Of a stretch of DNA of 64,000 nucleotides, positions 36,654-51,698 are shown piece by piece. The stretch comes from Geosiphon pyriformis uo1 (taxonomy: Eukaryota > Fungi > Glomeromycota), in assembly GCA_016748015.1 (NCBI GenBank), contig JAAOMT010000741.1, forward strand, positions 641,679-705,678, in the 5' to 3' direction. The translations under genes were made by a program, and so were the position numbers. Positions within the stretch are counted from its first letter, which is position 1, and every line of letters starts with the position of its first letter. Below the pieces are notes generated by a model, which was not told the origin of the DNA, searched no databases, and worked only from the letters and a program-made list of their open reading frames with translations.

Positions 36654-39600
36654 GTCAAAAATTAATATATTCAACGCAATGAATAATGATTCACAGGGGA
36701 ACAGACCATGTTTCATTTTTCCTGTTTATGTTTCATTGTAGTTGATTTAAGAGAAGAAAGGCAATAAAAATAAATAAATAAATAATTCTTTGACGATGAA
36801 ACAGAAACGGAAGCAGCAATTTATCTGAACAATTCATTTAGAAAACTATTAATTACTATAAGTCAAAATTTAAATTCACATCGATTTCTTCCATGTTTCT
36901 CTGCTCTGTTTGAACGCAAGAAAATAATATTTGCATTAATAATATCCATGATTCCTTCATTAATCTCCAAATCTTCCGTTATCTCCCCAGCATAACTCAC
37001 ACCCCCAACGTAATTGTTTATCGGGTAAAGTTTTTCAGCAATGTCAGTATTGATCACATCAAAGAAATCTGAAATATTCAGCGATCGCCATGAGCCTCGA
37101 TCTATCAGGCGTGTTTAGACTTTCAAGAAAGGTTTTGTTGGTGAATAGAGTAATTACTATTTTTAGACAAGTCAAGAATAGGCATTAAACCAATTTTGTC
37201 CAATATCAATAGCGAAGATCATCTTTGAATGACGAAATGTGAAATAGTTTGGTAATCCTCACAGATGATAAGAATTAAAGACATAATAAATATCTTATTG
37301 GATAATTTCAAAGAGCTGTAGCTGAACGCCGAAATAATTTGCTGCGAGGTCATGCTATGCGATGTCAAAAAAATTCCCAGAATTTTTTATTCTGAACTAA
37401 ATATTTTGATGGGCATGGCACTTTCAATTGTGCTTGTATTGTGCCTTTTTTCAGACACAACACTCACAGCTAAATCAAAAAATCTTTTTGAGAAAGAATG
37501 ACAATCTGGATTTTTCTTATGGCCAAAGAAAATATTGGCGAATGCATCTTTCCTGGTACACCAACTTTAATTGCCAGTCTTCCCAACATTTAGGAGGGAA
37601 TGAGATTCAACTGTGACGAATTTACAATGCAATAATATAAATGATTTAAATTATCAAAAGCAAATTATTAGTTAATGTGATTTTGACGCAGTTGCGAGAT
37701 TCTTCATGAATAAAAATTATTTTTAATTAATAAATTTTAAAAAAGAAATTAACCAAATTCTGCTATTTATTTTTACCATATAATTAATTCTGATAAACTT
37801 ATTCTTTCAAAAATATTCTGGAATTCTCAAATGTATACACAATATAAGTTAATTTAAGAAATATTTGAAATTTTTTTTTAAATAACAATATTTATTTAAT
37901 ATGTAGTTTAAATTCATAATATAAAGCAAAAATTACTTTAAATTATTTAATATTGCAGCAAGTTCATAAGCTATAATTATTTAAGGTATTTGAATTTTTT
38001 CACTTTTTAAATACTGAATGGATTACATTAGATAAAGTATTTAATATTATGTATTTTTGATTGTAAATTTTGGATACTAAAATAAATTGAAAATTTTTTA
38101 AAAATGTATTTTTTTGGTATATAGTTTTAATTATTTTTGCATAAAAATACAATTCAATCAATAAGGATTTTTTTAATAAATTTAAATTTTACATAAAAAA
38201 ATTTATTTTAATTATTTTAAAAATTTGGTATTTGCATAATTCAAATATTATATTTAATTAAACATTTAAATTATTAAAAAATTTATAATAAACTTTTTTT
38301 TTGTGTGTTTTTATAACTAAAACCAAAACAATAAATAAGAAAAAAACAAATTTAATTTTTTTGGTTTTAAATAAAAGTTTTCACTAAAAATTTTTTTTAA
38401 GCAACATACCAAAAAAGTTTTAATTTGATTATTATTATTATTGCAAAAAGTTTTAAGATTTTTATTTATAAATTAATAATTAAGCTATTTATTTTTTATT
38501 ATTAATTTATTATTATTATTTAAATAGTTTTTTATTTTATTTTATTATTAACGAGTGCAGCCCAATCACAAATAGTTAAAAAAGCCAAAACTGCAAAAAA
38601 ATAATATCTTTTTTTCAAAAAGAAAACAATTCAAGTTTTTGAAATACTAAAGTGTTTTTTAAACTATTATTTTTTATTTAAAATCTGTTTTTGGCTTTTT
38701 TGTATTTTTAGTAATCTTATTGTATTAATACTAATTATAATATTTAATTTTGTTTTGGTCATAATAAGAATTTTTATTTTAATTAATAATAATAATAATA
38801 TATTTTGTTAAATTTAATTTAAATTAACATTTAACTATATTGTATAAATTTTAATTAATTATTATTAAAATTAAATTTACTAATTATTTTTAAGATTGTA
38901 AAATTTTTTATGATTTTATTTTTATTGCTATAGTTTTTTACAAAGTATTTTATTAATAATATTAAAAATGTTTTTAATAAAATCTTTAATATTAAGTTGA
39001 AATTTATTTGTTTATAATAATATATTTCAAATTTTTTAATATATTTAAAACTGTTCTTATTTGTTAATTAATTTTAATAAAAAAAATACTTATCTTTTAT
39101 AATATATATTAAAACTAAATTATTTATTTTTTTTTGATTATACTGTTTTTAAAATTAGTAATTAAAATTAAATTTGTTTTATTTTTTTTAGTTTTTTAAT
39201 TTTAAGAAAATTAAAACTTTTTTTAAATTTTTTATTATATTTAAATTAATTTATTAATTTAGTATTTTATATTAAAACTATTACTTTTTTTGTATTATTT
39301 TTTTTAATACTGTTATTAATAAAACATATAAATTTAATAAAAATTAAGCTATAAAATTTGTAATTAAAAAGATTAAATTTTTGGTGATTTTTTCTTATAA
39401 CTATTAAAATAAATTTTGTTATAGATATTAAAATATGTTTTATTTTATTAAAAATTTAATTCTAACATATTTTTAAGATAACAAATAATTTGTTTAAAAG
39501 CTTTAATTAATTTAAAAATTAATAAAAAACTTATTTTACAAATATTTAATTATTATTAATTATAAAAAATTATATTAAATAGAAATTACAATAAAAAAAT

Positions 39601-39669
39601 AATGTTTTATAAAGAAAAAACTGAAAAATAAATATATAAATATGTTTATAATAAACAAATATTTATAAA

Positions 39670-41948
39670 AAAAACTCTTTGTCTCTTTAATTTTATAACC
39701 ACGACCAGAACAAAGAGTAAAAAAGCTGCACCTGATATCTGTTTTGAGATATCTAATAAAATTTCAACCAGAGAAGCTTTTTCTGTTGTAGAAGCAACTA
39801 AACAAAACGTTTTAGAAGCCTTTCTCTTACCCAGTAATCGTGATAAGCTGCCTTTGATAGCCATTAAAGCAATTTCCTCATCTTTGGCTGGTTTCTCACC
39901 AGTCAAAGTCCTCTCAAAGAGACACACCTGGGTTAGTCCCAATGTTGCCTCCACCCCAACTAAAAGCCCTAAAGTTTTTAATAATAGATCAGTAAATAAG
40001 CTGGTATTTTTTTCCATAGCTTCAACATCTGGTGCTGCTAGTACTTCTTCTTTAAAAAAAATAGTCAAAAAGACCAAAAGTTCAGAAAAGTAAGAACAGT
40101 CGCTTGTTTTTGCTATTGTTACACTGAACCCCTTTGTGGTTCCCAATGAGATCTTAGATGAGATCTCCATAGCATCATCCAGCACATCATTTAAGATGGG
40201 CCAAGATCAACTATTGGTTGTGTTGCCAAATGTGGTGTCTTCTGGCAGATCATCGCCAGTTTTAGAAGCAAAACAATCTCCTTCTGTTGGGTCACCTGTT
40301 CTTGAGAACTGGGCTGATCAAATAGAAACTGATTTATCTCCTCCTCTAGTTTCTGGTGCTACTTCTGGTGGTGCTTGGGAAACTATTACTAGTTGTCAAA
40401 AGTTTGCTAGGTGAGTGGCCTCCACTCTGGTGTCTGGTACTATTTTTAAGATTAAATTGGCTCATATTAAGACTGTTTTTCAGTCTGTGCATGGTTTCTT
40501 GGGTGCTAAATCTGTTTCAAAAGACAATGTAAAGCTTTTTTGTATGGAGTTTGCTTCTCAACAGTCTTTAAAAGCTGCATTTCTGGTTAAGCTTACAAGC
40601 TCTGTTTGTTTGGCCACTTTTAAAATTGCCAAGTTTTTGGTGGTTTCTAAATCTGGTTCCTTTCCTGCTGCTGTTGTGCTGCATGATGTATCTTTGGGTG
40701 TGTTTACTACTGACGTTAAGTTGGCTTTCAGTGTGTTTGGTAGTATTACTCGTGTTGTGCTAAAGCCTGCTGGCATTTGGTAATATGTGGTGGTTCATTT
40801 TGAAAAATTAGACTCTGCTGTGTCTGCCTTGAAGCATTGGTCAGTCTTGATGGACAAGGATAGTGTTAGAATCCTCTCTCTGGTGAATCAAAATGAGACT
40901 ATTTTATTTCGTGATAAGTTTAAAACCAAATTAGTCAACCTTCCCCTTGGCTGTACCGCCTTTGAAATCAGTAATATGATTTCTCAGATTGGTGGTCGAA
41001 CATGTTTCATCCCTTGTTTTCCTAATTCTGGTCATTAATTCCAGTTTGCTTTGGTTATATTTGACTCTTAAGGTGATTTGGATTCTGCTGTAGTCAAGAC
41101 TAGTACTCTAAGAAAATGCTGTATTTGGTAGAAAACTCCTGGCTGCCAATGTTGCTTTAGGTGTCAAGAAATGGGCTATTTGGCCATGGATTGCAAGATT
41201 TCTCCACCTCCCACTCCCAAGGTTTCCAAGATTTTTAAGTCTTGTTTTGTGGGTTTTGCTTTATATACTAAGACTGCTGCTCTTTTTGGTCTTTCTGAGT
41301 TTCCTCCTTTAGTGGCTTCTTCAGCTGTTTCTGCTGCTAATTCTGCTGTTAGTTTCAAATTAAACTCTTTGGAAAAGCAGATTTCAGATTTGGCTGCTCT
41401 GGTTAGGTCTATTGCTGAGCCTGTTAGTTCTTTGGTTGTTTTAGTGTCTCGTCTTTTTGATAATAATACTGTTAAGACTGTTTAAGTCGAGAAAGATATC
41501 ATTTCCATAAAGAGTGCTGCTAACAATTTCTTTAATCTTATGGTCGGAGTTTTCAAAGACATTGCTTGTCTTAGATCTGAGGTTGACTTTAATAATATGG
41601 ATTATAATAGTATGCTGGCTGCTAAGCCTTCCTTTTTAAGTAAGGACACTATTGAGTGTGTTATCACTTTGTGGCGGATGTCTGGTGCTGAGACCAGGAG
41701 CAATATTAAGTCTACTTGATTGTTTCTTAGTGAGTTTATTTTTGACTCTAAAAATTTGAATGATATTATTGAGAGAATTCGTGGGTTGGGTTTATTCTTA
41801 TCTACTTTTGATTCAGCATAGTAAGTCCTTGGTTGGACCGAGTGTTTGATTACGTGTAAAAAACACATGATGTATGCCTATAATGTAATTCCTTCTGTGG
41901 TATCATAGTTTTAGATAATATGTAGGTCTCGCTCATTAAATAAAAAAA
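39670..41948 (+). mobile_element. ORF1-only non-autonomous non-LTR retroelement (HAL1-like) with LINE-type 3'UTR and poly(A)
   Basis: One ~708-codon frame followed directly by a 3'UTR homologous to the LINE 3'UTR and an A tail. 13-bp TSD AAATATTTATAAA at 39657-39669 and 41949-41961. No ORF2. Confidence 0.85.
39695..41821 (+). pseudogene. ORF1-like protein (RRM-like region, CCHC knuckle, coiled coil) with start ATG>ATA and in-frame stops, no frameshifts
   Basis: ORF-track pieces starting at 39854, 40136, 40415, 40787 and 41171 are all in frame with ATA 39695 and TAG 41819. Knuckle CFRCQEMGYLAMDC. Homologous to LINE ORF1 (WSVLMDKDSVR...RDKFK...IGGRTCFI). Confidence 0.85.
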
Positions 41949-42993
41949 AAATATTTATAAATTATTTTAATAAAATAAAAATATTAAACGTTTTTGATTT
42001 AAAAAATAAATATTTATTTATTAAGTTTAATTAATTAATTATATGTTAAAAATACATGATTTATATATTATAATAATTTTATATAATTAATAAAAAACCA
42101 CATTTGTAAAAACATATAAAAAAAATATTTTATTTAGTAAAACATATTTTAATAATAAATACATATAATATTATTATAATTAATAATAATATAAAATTAA
42201 TAATTTTATTGTTAATATATTTATTATAAACAAATATATTAATATTAAATAATAATAATAATTAAAATATTATTTTTGTTTATAATAAATTTTAATAATT
42301 TAATATAAAATTAATATTTAATAATTATATGTATTTGTTATATATTTAAGATTTAATATAATATTTTTATATAAGTTTAAATGAATTTTTATTTATATTC
42401 AAAACAATAAAATTAAAATATCACAGATTAATTGTCCCAATTTTATAAAATTAATAGTTAATAAATTTATTTAAAAAATAAACAAACTTAAATAGTTCAA
42501 ACAAATAACTTTGAGGTTACAAAAAATTAATAATTGGAAAATGTATTAATTTTTAACTTTTTATGGTAACCATTTTTTATAAATGTTATAATTATTTATT
42601 TGTTAAATTTATTATTATTGTTTTTAGAAAGTAAAAATAACAAATAAATATTAATGTATTCTTGAAAATATTTAATTATTGTAAATATTGTATTGCATAT
42701 AATAAAATTTATTATTCAAATTACTGTAACCTTAAATCCTTCGCCTTTTCAAAGGCACTTTTTTTCTACCAATAATAATAATAATAATAATTTTTGACCG
42801 AAAAATACTTGGTGCCTCAATTTTTTTAAAGATCAATTGCAAGTTCTAACTAAAACCCATTCTCTAATCGTTTGAAGATCAAAATGACCTTGCGTGATTT
42901 GTTTCTCGAGAAATCTTATCAATAAAAAAGATTGTGCTAATTTATTATCAACCCATTCAAAATTTAAATATATAACTTTTAAGAATTTTTCGA

Positions 42994-44917
<1,924 letters not shown>

Positions 44918-47229
44918 CTTAAATTGGTTTTTGAAAAGAGAGTCACGCGTTTGGCGATCTCTTTAATTAATAAATGTTGATCTAAAAGACTTTGAAGTTT
45001 ACAAAGATATGAAAAACATATTGTTTATTAGGACAATATATATTTAATTTAATAATCATAAAAAATATTTTGATCATTAGACATAAGTGCACAAAACAAT
45101 GTTAAAGAAATAAGAAAACGTCGAATGAAGAACTCTCAAATCAAAGACATTAGTAACTATTGATAATTAATCATATTTTAATATTTCAGCGGAAAGCCTA
45201 TCACATGATTTAGGCTTTAAATATTACAGTATAATATTTTTGAAAAATAATGAAGATTAACTTATCAATAAATAAAAATTGAATTTGAGTTACTATTAAT
45301 AAATATAATTCCCATTTTCCAAAATTAAAATATTAACTTTAAAATATTTTTTCAAATATAATATAAAATTATTTAATAGTAAATTGTAAATAAACAAAAT
45401 TTAAGTAATATTATGCTTAATTAAACTATTATACAATATAATTTTTAAATATAAAAACAAACATTAGCATTACAACATATAGTTAAATAAAAAACAACTC
45501 TATTTTTTAATCGCTTTGTGTATTAATAATATTAATTTACACGAATTTAACTTTTTAATAATTGACGAATATATTTAATAACATTGTTTTAAAAGATTAA
45601 TATTAATAATTTGTTAGTAAAATATTAAAACAACATTAAAATTTGAATAATTATACTATTTTTCAAAGTAATTATAAAATCTTAATTGTTAATTGGTTGT
45701 TAATATTATGGTCAATGTATTTTATTATGTTTTTACAACTATTTTAATTACAAATATAATAAGTTGGATTTTTTATAATTTAATTAATAAACACAAAAAT
45801 TATTTATATTTAATAAATTTTAATTTCAATTTATAATTTATTATAATATTGTAATATTTATTTTTTTATTTTAGTTAAATATTTAAACAATTTGAAATTA
45901 ATCACTGTACATAAAATTTGAAATAATATTTTGCAATTAATTTAATTTATTTTTAACTTTAAAATACTAATATTACTTTATATAATTTTTTTAAAACATT
46001 AAGTTAAACATTAATTCTGTATATAATATTATTATCAAAGCATTTTACATTTAAATTTTTTAATAATACTAAAATAGTTATAACATAATAATTAAAAGAT
46101 TAAACTGTTTAAATTTTATGATTTAATAAAAAATATTATTAAATACATAAATTTAATTCAGCAAACTAAATTAGGTTAATATTTTAAACATATATTTTTA
46201 TATAATTATAATTTATTTTAAAAAAATAATTTATTTGTTTATAGAAAGTATATATATGTATAATATTTTTACATTTTTTTTAAAATTTAATTTTTAAATA
46301 ATACAATTATAAAAATTAATTTAGTTTAATTATTAATTAAAACAAATTAATTTAAAATAAAATATTTATTTATACTTAATAATTATATAAAATATTTGTT
46401 TTTTAAAAAAAATTATAAAAAAACCCAAAATAAGAAAAAAATCGCTTTTATAAATGTTAAATTTTATTAATGAAAATTAAATTAAACGAATTTTTTTATA
46501 TGTTATTTTTAATTTTTAAGAATTATTATAAAACTAAAATTCTACAAAGTAATTTTAATTATGTTTATTATGTTAATAAATTGTAATATTTTTCAAAATA
46601 CAATTTATTTAAATAAATGTATAAACTTTATTTTTAATTTTGAAAACTATTTTAAAAAAAACTTTAAATTTACAATATTTTTATTTGGCAACTTTATTGT
46701 TCAACTTTGTTAAATACTTGACAAAAAATAAATTGTTTTTGATTATACAATCTTATTGTTGTGTTAATAACTAATTTGCAAATATTAATTACAAATAAAC
46801 ATTTAATAAATCTTTTAATATTAATATAATCAAAATTTATTTTCTAATAAATAAAACTCAAAGCTACTAAGAATAAAATCTCAATTTATAATATTGTGGT
46901 GGATACATATATTCAATCCGAAAACCACTTTATTCTATTTTTAAATCATAATTTTCGTTTTAATGAAATTCTATAATTTAAACTTGGTTTATCCTAATCA
47001 CCGCTTATATTTCGTTGGCCAGAATATCCGAATGTTGCCAAATAATTTTTGTCCACAAGAAATATAATCACGAGCCCATATCTTTGTATCAATTTTTTAA
47101 AAACCTATCATAAAACTACAATTCACATAGATATCAATTAATGATATACAAATCTATTGTTCACAAAACCCTATCTAAAAGGCGAAAATTGTCTATTGAA
47201 CAAAATAAGCCAAATTCACAAACAAGATT

Positions 47230-47893
47230 TTACCAAATCTTTAAAAACCTCGGAATACCAGGCAAGTCAACATGCTTCACCATCCGCGTCATCAAAAATG
47301 CTCCAGTTATATACAAAGCAATCTTGAGCTCAAATCGTGTGGAAAATATTACTCCAATAACGCAAATAATTGTCGCAAGGAATGCGAGAAAATCCACATT
47401 ATAATAAACCCATGTTTTTATTCCTCCCTTTGAGATAATTAATCGAAAGAGGTTTATTAGCTTTTTGAATTTTGTGCTGAAAATCGAATTGGAACTTAAG
47501 AACTTTTAAATAAGCCATGTTGGGCATAGATTGCCATCCGCTTACCGATTTATCAGCTATAAAATAAAACCCTTCAATGAATTCACCCTCCTCGCCTTCC
47601 AACACCTCTTTAATTTTTTGGACAGCGTTAACCTTCTCACTATGGATTTCATGTTCAATCCCCTCTCGATCATCATAGAAAATCTCGTATGGATAATTAA
47701 ACGTGTGCACGAAACGCAATCGTTCTTCAATAAAAGTGGCTAAATTTTCATATGCAATACGTGATTTGTGAACGGGGAACTTTATTTCCCGAGAAAAATA
47801 TAGAACTATCTTATCGCTTTTTGTAGTATTTAGTGTGACCGAAGGCTCTGTTTTTTGGGTTGAACTGGCCTTTATACGTTTTCGTCCAGACAT
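47230..47893 (-). CDS. Hypothetical ~195-aa protein, PB1-like domain plus two C-terminal hydrophobic helices; 2 exons (47893-47504, 47427-47230)
   Basis: A 76-nt GT...CTAAT...AAG intron joins the 164-aa ORF to an in-frame exon (VDFLAFLATIICVIGVIF...IALYITGAFLM). YDDREG..HEIHSE resembles a PB1 acidic motif. Confidence 0.6.
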
Positions 47894-48993
47894 TTTTTAG
47901 GAAGCTAGTATCTTGGAAAAATTGAGAAAAATACTTTGGGTAGTAAAGTTGCTCTTCGTCAACATAAGTTAATTCCTTTCGAGCTGAGAGACTATTTTCT
48001 CGAATCAAGGTTTCCTAGAATAAGTCTTAATCCAGAAAATGACCAAGGAGTCAAGAATTTGCCTTCTTCAAATACTTTTCCTGCATGAACTTTTTTACAC
48101 TAAGTTATTCCGGCTTATCTCTGGCTTTTCGACTAAAATGACAATGATAGCCGGTACTAGGTAGTAGAAAGTTATTTGACCAAAAATCATCGCCCACGTG
48201 TGCTCAAACAAAGATCTTATTGCTCAAACATTGGTAGCTTCTTGCACGTTCTCTTGCGCGGTATTTGCGAGGCGTTCGTTGAAGAGGTAAACAACCCAAT
48301 TTGGGAAAGTGATTAACAATTCAGGGTCCCATCAACAACTCGGAAATCAATCATTTTATTAAATTTGTTTGGTGAACTTTCCTAAACGGATATTTGTTTT
48401 CGAGATTCACAAAATGGTGTGTGCATGCGCGAGAAAATTACCTAATTTGCCGTTCTGTCAAACAAATAAGCAAGATCAATGTTTACTCTTGTATTGATCC
48501 ATAAAATAACACCCGCACGCGCGATTTTCAATTGTACGTTTTTTTTTCTAGCTTCGGTTTTTCACTTCCACAATTCGAAAATACACTAAATGATTTACAA
48601 TTCAATCGAATTCCTCAATTCATGCAAATGTGTAAATTCCAGGAAAAAAACAAAAAGGAAAGATACTCTTTATAATCGAAAAACTTGTGATCTTGGGAAT
48701 ATTTATTATTCGCCCCAGCAAACCACAAATTCTGCTTCTCAAAAATACATCGTTTTTTCCATTAGCTTCTGAAATAATCGTAATAACATGCAAGATAATA
48801 AGATATATACAAAAATGACGGAGTCGATCATTGATACGAAATTCCCGTTTTAACCACCCTAAAAAAAAATGCATTTATGAATGCATTTATGAATTCAAGT
48901 AATGGCGGCGAAAAATTGCTCAGAATTACACTAATTATATGGTGCGTCGATAAAAATGAAAAGATCTATGAGGATAATAGAATAAAAATTTTT

Positions 48994-51150
48994 TTAATAT
49001 CTTCGACCAGCTTCAGTTTTGATCCATGTCATTGTGTGCCTCATTGATTGATTATGAATTTGTCTAACCGCTGATTCGACATCATGTTGAACATTCTCCC
49101 CTGCCACTTCTTCCGGTTCCTCCTCCTCTTCTTCCTCCTCACCTTCGTCAGTCGGTTGAGAAGGGTGATTTTCTGTTTGTTCAAATGGTACACCCATCCC
49201 AATTTCGTTTGTTAATATAATTTCATTACCATTTGCTTGTTGAGGCGATACTGATGGATCAGTTACAACAGGAGGATAATCAACTACTGGTTCCACTGGA
49301 ATTATCTCTTTAAACGCTGCACTATTATTGCCGTTTGCTACTGGGGCTTCAGCCAATGGTGCATAAACTTCATCAAAACCGATCAAATCCAGTTTTTCAC
49401 GAACACTAGCAACCCAATCATGATTGTCCGGATTTTTCAAAAATTCGATCAGTTTTGAGAACTCTTCAACCAAAATTCGTTCAAGTTTGGCCCCACTTAA
49501 TTCTTTTGTCATTAGCAATACACCTTGACCAAGTAATTCACATAATATGCTAAGTCTCCAAGCACAGTTAAGGCGATGCTTTCCGACTTCCTTGCCACCT
49601 GTCTGATCTTTAATGTGCAATGTAACCGTTGGATCAATGAAGGAAGAGTATGTGGGATATGGAAGAGGTGATGATGGATCAGGATTTGGAGGATTAGTTC
49701 TCTTTAAAGTGGTATTATTCGCACTTTCTCCAGATTGATTTTTTTGACCAAGTTCATCTTTATAAGCGTTATATGTGGTAAAGAGTTTATATAACTCCAA
49801 ATTCGAAAATACTTTTGAAGAAATTCCGTCAATACGGGATGTGGGGGGAGATTGAAGTAGATGACATAATAGATTCAAACGGGGTGATGTCGGTACGGGA
49901 GCAGATTTTGCAGATTGATGAATAGTATTATAGGTATCTTTGATCGCAGCAATCAATGCTTTGGATTCTTCAAGTCTTTGAATGAGTGTGGGTTTGGAAA
50001 TTGTAATAAAAAGTTTTTTGACTGCCTCACAGCCTATAAAAAAGTATTAATGTTTGTATCAAATTTCATTTGCAGTTTTGATGTGTTCCAATTAAAATTA
50101 TGATTAAAACTTACTCAATGGAGGTGCCTTATGTTTTTCGGGCGTGCGTCTTTTAGCGGACTGGGCATTAGGAGCGGTATGGTGAATAAAATTATCTTCT
50201 TCAGAATTTGTGCTGCTCGCACGTTTCCGCTTATTAATGGGTGTAATAGTATTATGATGTGGATGGTGTGGAGGCTGCAAGGTAAGATGAGCATGTCGCC
50301 ACATATCATTATTAATGGGATGATCATCTACGACGATCTCGTCTTTGGCTAACTCATCCATGTCTTCATCAGGTTCATGAGCTTCTTGTGCAACATTGTA
50401 AATACTACCTTCAACAAACCCGTTTCCATTGTTAATTGGAGTGGTCAATATTGGTTGCATCACGAATGAAAGTCTCTGGACTCCATTATTTGTACAGTCA
50501 GTTGGTACTGGAATTGGTGGTGATGATTGTTGGTCATCTTCGAATTCGACAACATATTCTTGAAGTGCTGTTTCATTTCCGTGAAAAAATATCACCTTTC
50601 TGTGAGACAGATGGGATTTTAGACCGATATCATCAAGTACTGCCTTAATTACAGCCAGTAAGCAGGCAAATTTTCTTGGAGATTCATTGACCTTTTCCTT
50701 GATTAATTTCACAAGAAGAAGGAATTGGTCGTCTGTTAATATATCACCAATATAAGGTTTAATGAGCTGTGGGGGTGGAAAAGAGGCCAATTGGGCCCTA
50801 TTCAAACCGTTGTTCATTTGAGTTATTGTTGTGTCAACCTCCATTTCTACCTCACTATCGCCAGAAGCCTGTTCTTCAGGCGAAGGATTTGGGCAATTAA
50901 ATTCTATAATATAACTTTGACCCTTGTAATTAAATGCAAGAGTCTTTCCGGAGCCCAAAATTGTTTTAGGAAGATATGGTTTCCCCAAAACGGCCTTCAA
51001 CGCTGATAATAAACTTGCAAAGGCATACGGCGATTCTGAAGATTTATTTTTCATTATCTCGGCAAGTTTTAAGATTTGGGTGTCATTAATAATTTCAGCA
51101 ATTGTGGGACGTAGAGTGAACTCTGGGGTTTGTTGTATCAAGTCTTTCAT
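48994..51150 (-). CDS. Hypothetical ~690-aa protein, 2 exons (51150-50115, 50033-48994), with an internal tandem domain duplication and an acidic tail
   Basis: Two long ORFs joined in frame by an 81-nt GTAAGT...TAG intron. CpG retained and no stops. NLS-like KRKR and KRR. Confidence 0.85.
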
Positions 51151-51698
51151 TTTTTACCTTATATTTTTTTTGGTTTTTTGAACTTGAAGGGATTATTTTG
51201 GGGAGGCAAGAAAATGGAAGTATCAATGAAAAATTTTTGGTGGACGTGTTTTGTGTCGAAGGTTGTTTTAGTGTGGGTTTTCCAGCCCACTAAATCTTTT
51301 ATATGTGAATTTTTTCCTGACGAGAAAAAACGATGCGAATACTGGACTATTTTGTGAGAAAAGTTCTTATAAACGGGCGGTGCCGTTTGGTATCACTTGA
51401 CACTTTTGTTCCGCAATTGCCGATGTAAGGTATGACAGACCCCGGGCCGTTTCTCCGATTGAGATCTCCGATGTAACGCACAGTTGTAAGGGACTCTGAA
51501 AAAAGGTCAGCTGCCACAAAGGCTTCTTTATAGAACAGTCGGTGGCAAAAAGTTTTCGAAACCTTATAAAGAACAAGCCACAAGAAAAGAGAGTGCAATT
51601 TTAGAAGGATTCATTTTAGCCTTGAAAACTTTTATATAATAGATACATGACTCATGTACATTTAATTCTTTGCTGATGAATTAGATAAGACATAAAGC

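Noticed and set aside
36863-37400. 64-aa minus-strand ORF with coding-like upstream sequence
   Set aside because: No recognisable motif and upstream frames are broken by stops. It could be a pseudogene fragment but cannot be supported.
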